From a virus, in the IMG/VR virus record IMGVR_UViG_3300045988_129435: a stretch of DNA of 64,000 bases, one strand, 5' to 3'. Of the stretch, positions 44,596-51,881 are shown piece by piece. How positions within the stretch are numbered: the first letter of the stretch is position 1; the number at the start of each line of letters is the position of its first letter. Made by a program: the position numbers and the translations under genes. Below the pieces are notes generated by a model. The model was not told where the DNA came from, made no database searches, and saw only the letters and a list, made by a program, of their open reading frames with translations.

Positions 44596-45360
44596 TTATA
44601 CCTCCTCTTCTTTCAGTTCAAGCAAAAAGGCCTTGCAAATATCAATCATACGTGCAAAAGCCACCGTATTACTTTTTATATTAAATTTTTTCTTAACCTC
44701 TGTAGCTACCTTAATAAATTCTTCATAGGAGCCGACAACTATCGAACTATTTGCAGATATTTTCTGTTTTTCTAGTTCCGCTAGAACAGCTTTGACATCA
44801 TTGCTCCTACTTTCAGTAAACAAGAACTTCATTTCGGTAAGCTCTATATCCCCATCATTAATAGAGACCGTGGGAATCTTATTCGTATCAATAAATTGAA
44901 TGCCGTTAAGACCAGAAAACTCTCTTGCTTCAATAGTGCGCATCTCGCTATAAATTTCCTTAAGCATCTGAGCATCATCTTTGCCTACTAAAGCATTATG
45001 ACTAAGCACATAGGCAATCTGCTTGTCTTTATCAACCTCTTCAATATACAAGATTAAAATATATTCCAACTTAGCTTTAATGGCAGCTTTTAAGTGATGA
45101 TTTCCCGACAAAATGAGATATTTACCGTCATTTCGTTTCATCGCAAACGGGAGCTGAGATAAAAAACCGTCTTCAGCCACATTTGCTGTTAGTCTATCTA
45201 GTGTGCTTTTTTCCATATAGTGAGCATTCTTCTCCAACGGAACACAATCGTTTATAGGGCTTACATATGCTAACTTATATGGAGCAATCAACTTGTTTAC
45301 ATCATCCAGTTTCCCCTGAATAAGATGAACATCTTTCACTTCTTGTATTTTTTCAACCAT
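44596..45360 (-). CDS. ParB-like nuclease domain protein
   Basis: 254 aa. GKYLILSGNHHLKAAIKAKLEYILILYI fits the ParB N-terminal motif, with HH in place of HR. Confidence 0.55.
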   Translation of the reverse strand: MVEKIQEVKDVHLIQGKLDDVNKLIAPYKLAYVSPINDCVPLEKNAHYMEKSTLDRLTANVAEDGFLSQLPFAMKRNDGKYLILSGNHHLKAAIKAKLEYILILYIEEVDKDKQIAYVLSHNALVGKDDAQMLKEIYSEMRTIEAREFSGLNGIQFIDTNKIPTVSINDGDIELTEMKFLFTESRSNDVKAVLAELEKQKISANSSIVVGSYEEFIKVATEVKKKFNIKSNTVAFARMIDICKAFLLELKEEEV

Positions 45361-46637
45361 AATCTATATAAATCCTTTAATGAATCATCTAAAAAATTAG
45401 CAGAATACATTAGCTTGCCTTCATCTCGGCGTTCTAAATCAAATACTCCTCTATATTTCATTGAAATTGGGCTTGTTGTGTACACCGTGGTCTTCACTCC
45501 ATCGTAGTAGTTAGCCATTTTTCGGGCAATCAGCATTCTTACATTATGAGACTTAACAAGCATGATCAATAATTTACTCAATCTCTGAGTATTTGAGTTT
45601 ACAACAAAATCGCTTTGCATAAAAATCTGCTCAAGAGTAGAAAGTTTTTTGCTAAAAGAAGAAAAACCGAACGCTTTTCCATCAGCCATGAATACCAATC
45701 CCAAATCCCCACCAGTTGTATAGTTAACCTTATTTGCCATGTAAAATGCTTTATAGTAGTTCACATCACTAACTGGGCATATCTTTGCTGATATTTCTGT
45801 ACTATCTGTAAATTCATAATCCATAGGCAAAATATGAATACATGATGGCTTTATATTTTTATCGCGTTCAATGTAATAATGCTTATCCCGCTTTACACTA
45901 GAATAAGTGTATATCGGATTCTTACCAGGCCCCAAGTTTATCTTACCAACAAGGAAGTCGTTTATTTCCTGGAAATATCTATCAGAATAGATGATGTTTT
46001 CATCATTCTCAAGAAGACATTTAAACATCACCCCACCTTCTTTGGGGTCAAATACATTATAGGGAGCATGAGCATATCTAAAACTATCTTCTACATAGCT
46101 AAACATCTTCTCATATCCTCCTTTATAAGTGGGAGGAAAAGCAATACCTATCCCCTTACCTTTTTTACTTTTTAGGAAGTCAAAAAAATCGCCATAAAAG
46201 AAACTGCTTATATTAAAATTCAAAGCACCCTTTTCTAATTTCGATATGGTATTGTGATAATAAATGTCAGCCTGCTCTATAAACGAATTGAACATTTCCT
46301 CCTGATAATCATTCTTTCTTTGATGAAAGCCTGATACTCTCATGGCAAACATTACCTGAACAAGATTTTTATATCTTGTATCTTTCCAAGTATCAAAAAC
46401 CAGACGTAATTCAGGATTTACAACTTCAATATCTGTATTTGTGTCAAGCAGCAGATCAGAAATTAGCTTAGAATATAGGCTTACATCATTGGAATGTACA
46501 GTATATCCCATGTTGGACATAATTTTGTCGGTCGTGAAATTACCGGAACATCCGATAAAAACATCTTTCTTTTCTACGCCTTTCATTATATCTTGAAGGA
46601 GCAGTTTTACTTCAGGTGGTGTCGTTCCTTGGGACAT
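45336..46637 (-). CDS. Hypothetical protein, weakly DNA-methyltransferase-like
   Basis: 433 aa. N-terminal VFIGCSGNFT and an FPPTY tract loosely resemble motif I and motif IV (xPPY). The match is not canonical. Confidence 0.3.
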   Translation of the reverse strand: MSQGTTPPEVKLLLQDIMKGVEKKDVFIGCSGNFTTDKIMSNMGYTVHSNDVSLYSKLISDLLLDTNTDIEVVNPELRLVFDTWKDTRYKNLVQVMFAMRVSGFHQRKNDYQEEMFNSFIEQADIYYHNTISKLEKGALNFNISSFFYGDFFDFLKSKKGKGIGIAFPPTYKGGYEKMFSYVEDSFRYAHAPYNVFDPKEGGVMFKCLLENDENIIYSDRYFQEINDFLVGKINLGPGKNPIYTYSSVKRDKHYYIERDKNIKPSCIHILPMDYEFTDSTEISAKICPVSDVNYYKAFYMANKVNYTTGGDLGLVFMADGKAFGFSSFSKKLSTLEQIFMQSDFVVNSNTQRLSKLLIMLVKSHNVRMLIARKMANYYDGVKTTVYTTSPISMKYRGVFDLERRDEGKLMYSANFLDDSLKDLYRLWLKKYKK

Positions 46638-46874
46638 ATCAGTATATTTTACAAGTTATGTATGACTTCATACACTAATTTAGATTTAATGCCCTCCTGG
46701 CGTATTCCAGGAAGGCTTAAATACAAAATCAACCATTTCTTCAGCTACTTGCAAGAACACTTATACAGTATATTCGGCTTCTTTTCAGTCGTGTCAGATG
46801 GCTATTTCCATCACCCCCATAAACTGCACAAGTTTTTATGTTCTTGTTTTTGCTTATCGCTACTATAAGGGTTG

Positions 46875-46941
46875 AGGACGGACGGGATTTGAACCCGAAC
46901 TATAAAGGTTAACCGGTATTTATAGCAGACCACACCGCCCA
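46875..46941 (-). ncRNA. tRNA-like element e: acceptor stem 6/7 bp, T-arm with loop TTCAAAT, central 7-bp hairpin CTATAAA-N12-TTTATAG instead of D and anticodon arms
   Basis: Folded by hand from the reverse complement. It is 67 nt long and has no canonical anticodon loop. Confidence 0.3.
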
Positions 46942-47050
46942 TGTGCTGTTTTATTTGTGGTATTAAAAACAGCAAAAACTAACCACGCTCATTTCAATGT
47001 TTTTATTGAAGGAATCCGAAAATAGAGCGAAAAACAACGTTCCCCATTGA

Positions 47051-47114
47051 GAGATAAGCAGGAGTCGAACCTGCACCTTCCGTCCAAGAAGTCTTATCGG
47101 AATGAAGTTATCTC
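47051..47114 (-). ncRNA. tRNA-like element a: perfect 7-bp acceptor (GAGATAA/TTATCTC), perfect T-arm GCAGG-TTCGACT-CCTGC, only 33 nt in between
   Basis: Folded by hand. It is 64 nt long. The best central hairpin, CTTC-TTGGACG-GAAG, is not a canonical anticodon arm. Confidence 0.35.
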
Positions 47115-47216
47115 AATTAAGGATAATCCTATTTAACCGATTTATGAAGCGTCTTCCAATTTCGCCATACCACCAAATTTGCGTGTCTTTCCACGCTGTC
47201 AGATTGCACAGACCCA

Positions 47217-47289
47217 GCTAAAGAAAGGAATCGAACCTTTCTGCCATTTACCATAATCTCAATCACCGAGCCGACTTGAACGGCATTTG
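47217..47289 (-). ncRNA. tRNA-like element c: perfect T-arm (G)AAAGG-TTCGATT-CCTTT(C) and D-arm-like GCCG-TTCAAGT-CGGC, with no convincing acceptor or anticodon pairing
   Basis: Folded by hand. It may be a degenerate tRNA. Confidence 0.2.
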
Positions 47290-47290
47290 A

Positions 47291-47359
47291 GCGGAAACAG
47301 GGAATCGAACCCCACTCTTTGGCTGGAATGCCAACGCTCTGCCGATGAGCTATTTCCGC
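47291..47359 (-). tRNA. Near-canonical tRNA, Gly(UCC)-like, with a 6-nt anticodon loop
   Basis: GCGGAAA-TA-GCTC-ATCGGCA-GAGC-G-TTGGC-ATTCCA-GCCAA-AGAG-TGGGG-TTCGATT-CCCTG-TTTCCGC. All four stems pair, but the anticodon loop is ATTCCA, one nt shorter than the usual 7. Confidence 0.55.
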
Positions 47360-47445
47360 AAATGCTTGTCTCTTCCAAGCTGCCAATGGTTTCCGTTTTC
47401 AATTGACGTGTGTATCCATAACCATAAAAAGCCTCACACATATCT

Positions 47446-47850
47446 TTAGAACAAACTTGCTTGTTCATACTTAGGTTCTTTCTTTTCAACAACTCCAAAC
47501 TCTTTGATTTCAATGCCAGTCTTTTCGGTAAGCCATTTTGCAAGTATGTGGCGATGGCAGAAATCACCTGGTTTCTCATAGCAGCATAGAGCAACATCTT
47601 GGCCATCACTTAATGTCTTTATTTGCTCCACCACCTTCTTCGCATCTTGACTTTCAAGAATATTGTTGTATAATCTAAGATACTCATCATGGGAACATGC
47701 GGCACTTATCATATACCTTGTTGGAGCCACATTAACCATTTGTGGTACTCCACTAATAAATCTTGGCCGTCCAATAGCTACGCAAATAATTTTAATTCCT
47801 GCTTCTTTTAATTTTCGGCTATTACCGAAATAACTTGTGTAAATTTTCAT
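47446..47850 (-). CDS. DUF488-like protein
   Basis: 134 aa. MKIYTSYFGN... and ALCCYEKPGDFCHRHILAKWL fit the DUF488 pattern. Confidence 0.55.
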   Translation of the reverse strand: MKIYTSYFGNSRKLKEAGIKIICVAIGRPRFISGVPQMVNVAPTRYMISAACSHDEYLRLYNNILESQDAKKVVEQIKTLSDGQDVALCCYEKPGDFCHRHILAKWLTEKTGIEIKEFGVVEKKEPKYEQASLF

Positions 47851-47873
47851 TGCTCTTTTTTTATTTTATGATG

Positions 47874-47906
47874 TAAAAATACAAAAAATGACGCATTTAA
47901 TGCCAT
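47874..47906 (-). promoter_or_regulatory. Conserved promoter module copy 5 (ATGGC-N10-GTCATTTTTT-G-TATTTTTA)
   Basis: Read directly upstream of the DUF488-like gene and the tRNA-like block. Confidence 0.5.
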
Positions 47907-48117
47907 TTTTAGTACTAAAAATATCTAATTCGATGATTTTATTGTCTCAACCTTGTTACATTCATCATATGGTCTGTCTCGTGCCCCATGTTGAAGGTAT
48001 TACCAAGGTAGTACTTGTGAGTTCTTGCTCTGATAGGTTAAAGGAGTAACAAACCATCTTTATTGCCTTATCCATCCTTTAAATACACTTTTACAATTGT
48101 TTTCATTGCTTTTAATG

Positions 48118-48546
48118 CTAAAAATGTGGATCAATATAATGACTTTGGTAATGAAGCATAAGCAAAACACCACCCTTGTACGCTTGCCCATCTGCCACCC
48201 AACATCCATTTCTTCTTTTAGTGAACACCTTTGCTCCACCTTCAAGTTCTGGCAAAATCCTATAATCACCAGCATAGTAGTCGATACATTCCGTTTGGTT
48301 AAATGTAACCTCAATCTTGCATGGAGAAATAACTTTGGTAACAGTAGCCGCTCTCCTATCAGAATAGTAACATATAGTACACCCTAACCCGACTTCAGGA
48401 ATTAAATTTCTGATGGCTTCCGTCCGTTGCCTGTCCCTCTCTTCTCTCCATTCGGAATACTTAACCCCATCTGGACATTTTCTGTTTTCGATTTCCCTAA
48501 GGATAGCAAAACTTTCTTTGCTTGTTAATTTCTTCGATATTTTCAT
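48118..48546 (-). CDS. Hypothetical protein
   Basis: 142-aa ORF. Confidence 0.55.
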   Translation of the reverse strand: MKISKKLTSKESFAILREIENRKCPDGVKYSEWREERDRQRTEAIRNLIPEVGLGCTICYYSDRRAATVTKVISPCKIEVTFNQTECIDYYAGDYRILPELEGGAKVFTKRRNGCWVADGQAYKGGVLLMLHYQSHYIDPHF

Positions 48547-48683
48547 TGTTCTTGTCTTTTAATTGTTAGTAATATTGGTTTCTTTTAGTATTGTAAAGAT
48601 ACTCATTTTCAGGTGTTTAATCAAAATAAAACAATCTAAAACTCCTTTCTTAAACTTAGTTTAACTTATTATTAACCAGGCAC

Positions 48684-49319
48684 TTAGTCTATCAATTTAA
48701 ATTCATAAGCCCATACGAACGGATTGCATTCCCAAGTGCCTTTGCCTGAGACTTTATCTATCAGGGCAGAAAAGGCTTCACGAGGATTAGAAAATGGATA
48801 CTGACCTATATATCCGATATTTGAAGGAAATCCATATTGTATCCCTTTCAAATGTTCCTCAATTCCTTCTTTCATGCAATCTTCATCGCTAATGTCCTGT
48901 AGGCGTTCGCACTTGACTCCGGTGATTCTGATATGTTTCTTACAAGCAGCAGCCGAAACAAACATCTTGTTATTCCAGCCTGCGGAATGTTTCATAAAAC
49001 CACGAATACCTAAGTCTTTGGGATCTCTATCTAATGAGTCTGGATCATACCCTAAATCCTTGTAGCTTTGTGCAATGGCAACTACTTCGCCAACTTTATA
49101 TTTGGGGAGAATTTGTCCGCCATCAATCATACGTTCATCTTCGTCATACATACATATTTCAGTGACTTCACCAGAAGGTCTCTTACATACAAAATATCCT
49201 GCAACGTTTACACCTCTAAACTTTAAAGGATAAGTAACTATTCTTCTCGTCATGGTCTTTAGACCATCCAAAACAGCCTGTGTCAAGCCGTATTCATCTG
49301 AAAACATAATTTTTTGCAT
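48684..49319 (-). CDS. ASCH-domain-like protein
   Basis: 211 aa. N-terminal MFSDEYGLTQAVLDGLKTMTRRIV resembles the ASCH beta-barrel start. Confidence 0.45.
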   Translation of the reverse strand: MQKIMFSDEYGLTQAVLDGLKTMTRRIVTYPLKFRGVNVAGYFVCKRPSGEVTEICMYDEDERMIDGGQILPKYKVGEVVAIAQSYKDLGYDPDSLDRDPKDLGIRGFMKHSAGWNNKMFVSAAACKKHIRITGVKCERLQDISDEDCMKEGIEEHLKGIQYGFPSNIGYIGQYPFSNPREAFSALIDKVSGKGTWECNPFVWAYEFKLID

Positions 49320-49321
49320 GG

Positions 49322-49522
49322 CTATGCCTCCTTCTCTAATTGTTTCACAATCTTAAAATAATCCTCATTACTCAAAACCTTTTCCGCAGCATCAAGCACT
49401 GTGTTATATCCGTTACAATAAGCCAGATCTGCAATTTGACTTATTATAAGTTTATTAATGTAATCCTCTTGCAACTTTAATAGTCTTTCTCGGCAACGGG
49501 ATTTATTAAGTTCTCTATTCAT
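49322..49522 (-). CDS. Hypothetical protein
   Basis: 66-aa ORF. Confidence 0.45.
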   Translation of the reverse strand: MNRELNKSRCRERLLKLQEDYINKLIISQIADLAYCNGYNTVLDAAEKVLSNEDYFKIVKQLEKEA

Positions 49523-49523
49523 T

Positions 49524-49922
49524 TTATTCCTCCTTGATTAATTCCGGGTTATCGTAGATATTACCTGCAATCTCTTCCGTTACACTGTAATAACAAAATG
49601 GAATTATTTTGCAGGTCCATTCCCCGATATACCCAAAGCATCCGTCTTTTATGGATACTTTATTGTATATATTTTTATCTCCATCGTTGCCTATGAATAA
49701 GATATCCCCTTCATATATCTCCTTGCCATTCTTGTCATACAAGCCGGTGAACTGGCCTATGGTTTCAAGACAGACCTCATACATACCGATACTTCTCCCT
49801 ATTTCGATATCGTTTAAGGGTGGAATGACGGCATATCTATCCTTTTCGATCTTAATGAGAGAGCCATACAGCCATTCTTCATCGTATATGCTTTTGCCTC
49901 TGAATTTTATTGTACGGTCCAT
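49524..49922 (-). CDS. YopX-family protein
   Basis: 132 aa. IKFRGKS..., GQFTGLYDKNGKEIYEGDIL and GNIYDNPELI are typical YopX motifs. Confidence 0.7.
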   Translation of the reverse strand: MDRTIKFRGKSIYDEEWLYGSLIKIEKDRYAVIPPLNDIEIGRSIGMYEVCLETIGQFTGLYDKNGKEIYEGDILFIGNDGDKNIYNKVSIKDGCFGYIGEWTCKIIPFCYYSVTEEIAGNIYDNPELIKEE

Positions 49923-50283
49923 TTTGCTTCTCCGTTTTAAGTTCTTTCAATATTTTCTTCGCTATCTCATAATGATTCAATTGCCAACTGGTATAAACAT
50001 CATCTGTGTGTTCATCGTAATGGTTGGCATATACGTATGCGTTCAAGTTTTCACGAAAGGATTCACCGTCTAAACCTAAATCATCACAATCATCGTACAT
50101 TCTCAATTCATGAGCCACCTCCTTACATTCTTGATGTGTAACAAAGTCATCTATGGTTCCATCATAGACATTTGTCTGACGGACATATTTTTGTCCTATC
50201 GCTATCTTTTCACAACAAAACTCACACCTATGTTCTTTCTTGGCTGTTGGATAAGTTTCTCTTAGTATTGTTGGCATAATCAT
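49879..50283 (-). CDS. Hypothetical Cys-rich protein
   Basis: 134-aa ORF containing HRCEFCCEK. Confidence 0.5.
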   Translation of the reverse strand: MIMPTILRETYPTAKKEHRCEFCCEKIAIGQKYVRQTNVYDGTIDDFVTHQECKEVAHELRMYDDCDDLGLDGESFRENLNAYVYANHYDEHTDDVYTSWQLNHYEIAKKILKELKTEKQNGPYNKIQRQKHIR

Positions 50284-50320
50284 TTTCCTTTAAGTTTCTT
50301 CCTTGATTTATTTTGAGTAT

Positions 50321-50662
50321 TTATTCTTCGGGGAATAATCCATCTGAAAATTTTATTAACGCTTCAACTTTTCCCAACTCAATCTCATAAGCATAAAACT
50401 CTTTATCAATAATCTCCATGAGCTCCTGAAAATCATTTGTATTATAATTCTGCTTTATAGATTCAACTACGTTTACTCCATCTGAAAACCAATCGGGATT
50501 AAGCTCTTTTAGCTTTCGCATAGCTGTTGGAATTTGATGTGTATAAAGGTTTTCGGAGAATATGAAATTTAGCATTTCATATACATCGTCCATTTTTGTT
50601 GATAACCTCCCATCTAATATGGTAAAAGCCTTTTTAAGTGATACTCTCATTTTATTTCTCAT
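50321..50662 (-). CDS. Hypothetical protein
   Basis: 113-aa ORF. Confidence 0.5.
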   Translation of the reverse strand: MRNKMRVSLKKAFTILDGRLSTKMDDVYEMLNFIFSENLYTHQIPTAMRKLKELNPDWFSDGVNVVESIKQNYNTNDFQELMEIIDKEFYAYEIELGKVEALIKFSDGLFPEE

Positions 50663-50676
50663 TTCTCTTTAATTCG

Positions 50677-50892
50677 TTACCATTTGTACATTAATTTTTC
50701 TTCAAATTCCGCAATAATACAGTCTGCATCACCGCCATGTACCCAATTCTCTAAAACGGAGGAAAGGATTTCAATTGCTTGTTCTTTCTCCCATTTTGCA
50801 CCAGCTTTAAATCCGGACTTATAAATAACTTGTCCAACTATATTATATCCTTCAGCTCCTTGTTTAGCGGCTTCTTCTAATGTCTGTTTCAT
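50677..50892 (-). CDS. Hypothetical protein
   Basis: 71-aa ORF. Confidence 0.45.
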   Translation of the reverse strand: MKQTLEEAAKQGAEGYNIVGQVIYKSGFKAGAKWEKEQAIEILSSVLENWVHGGDADCIIAEFEEKLMYKW

Positions 50893-50908
50893 AATTTATT
50901 TTTTTTAA

Positions 50909-51139
50909 TTATTCATTTTGAAAATCATCAATCTCATATTCCCATTCCATTGCATCCGCTTCTCGAATATTATCACTAAGCCATTCTTTTGCGTTTTCAA
51001 GCTCATCATCCCATTCAGGTACATCACCACCTTCATCATAGGCTTTAGCTAATTCATTATAAACTTCGTCAGGGACTTCAACATTTCCAAGCCCAACTCG
51101 ATAAGTTACTTTGATTGTTAAATCTTTAATATTCTTCAT
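50909..51139 (-). CDS. Hypothetical acidic protein
   Basis: 76-aa ORF, highly acidic. Confidence 0.45.
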   Translation of the reverse strand: MKNIKDLTIKVTYRVGLGNVEVPDEVYNELAKAYDEGGDVPEWDDELENAKEWLSDNIREADAMEWEYEIDDFQNE

Positions 51140-51432
51140 ATTTCCTCCTCTCTATATTCAAAGGGACCGTCATATCCCATTCCTTTAAGACGTTGTGTAA
51201 ACTCTTCGACTGAATCATTTAATGGGGTGTAGCAATCTAAAACATCCTGGAAAGGTCTAAGATAATGACTCAATACATCTAGAGCTTCTTGTTCACCCTT
51301 CACTTCTCCAAATTCCTTTTTACAAAGGTTTATATAGTCTTCCCTTGTCATGTTAATGTTAGTCACTGTATCAACAATTGTGCTGAAGCGACAGAAAAAA
51401 CCATTGGGCTGTTGAGCTATAAATGATGGCAT
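51136..51432 (-). CDS. Hypothetical protein
   Basis: 98-aa ORF overlapping its neighbours. Confidence 0.5.
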   Translation of the reverse strand: MPSFIAQQPNGFFCRFSTIVDTVTNINMTREDYINLCKKEFGEVKGEQEALDVLSHYLRPFQDVLDCYTPLNDSVEEFTQRLKGMGYDGPFEYREEEI

Positions 51433-51848
51433 GATTCCTCCTTTCCTTTAAAGTGTTCTATTAGCTCTTCTACTGTAGCCTTATGATAATTGTCCACATT
51501 AAGGTCGTTAGGCATTCCATAAAAGTCTATGCCCGATAATCCACCGTCAGAACCGTCTCGATATATACCCCAATCTCCTTTGCCGTTGATAAACATTTGG
51601 TTGTTATCAGTATCATCTCTCAGTGCGGCAATAGCAAGGAACAGGGTTCTATTATATTTGCAATCATACGCAACCTCATCATCTGTAATATTGGATGCGA
51701 ACGTTGTGAAATATACTCCATGTTCAGTATCTGTATATATTATATCGTGATGATTTGAGGAACCTGCGTTTTTATACCCTATATCTTCTAACTTCTTACG
51801 GAGTTCCTCCGTATTTTTTCTAATAAAACATGGTGTTGTAAATCCCAT
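51417..51848 (-). CDS. Hypothetical protein
   Basis: 143-aa ORF. Confidence 0.5.
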   Translation of the reverse strand: MGFTTPCFIRKNTEELRKKLEDIGYKNAGSSNHHDIIYTDTEHGVYFTTFASNITDDEVAYDCKYNRTLFLAIAALRDDTDNNQMFINGKGDWGIYRDGSDGGLSGIDFYGMPNDLNVDNYHKATVEELIEHFKGKEESCHHL

Positions 51849-51881
51849 AGTTAGTTCCTTTCTTTATTGTTTTGAGCCTTT

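Noticed and set aside
47129-47609. Minus-strand ORFs of 85 and 116 aa across the tRNA-like block
   Set aside because: They run through T-arm/acceptor-type structures and overlap the DUF488-like gene out of frame. Their sequences show no protein-like features. The region is better explained as RNA-coding.
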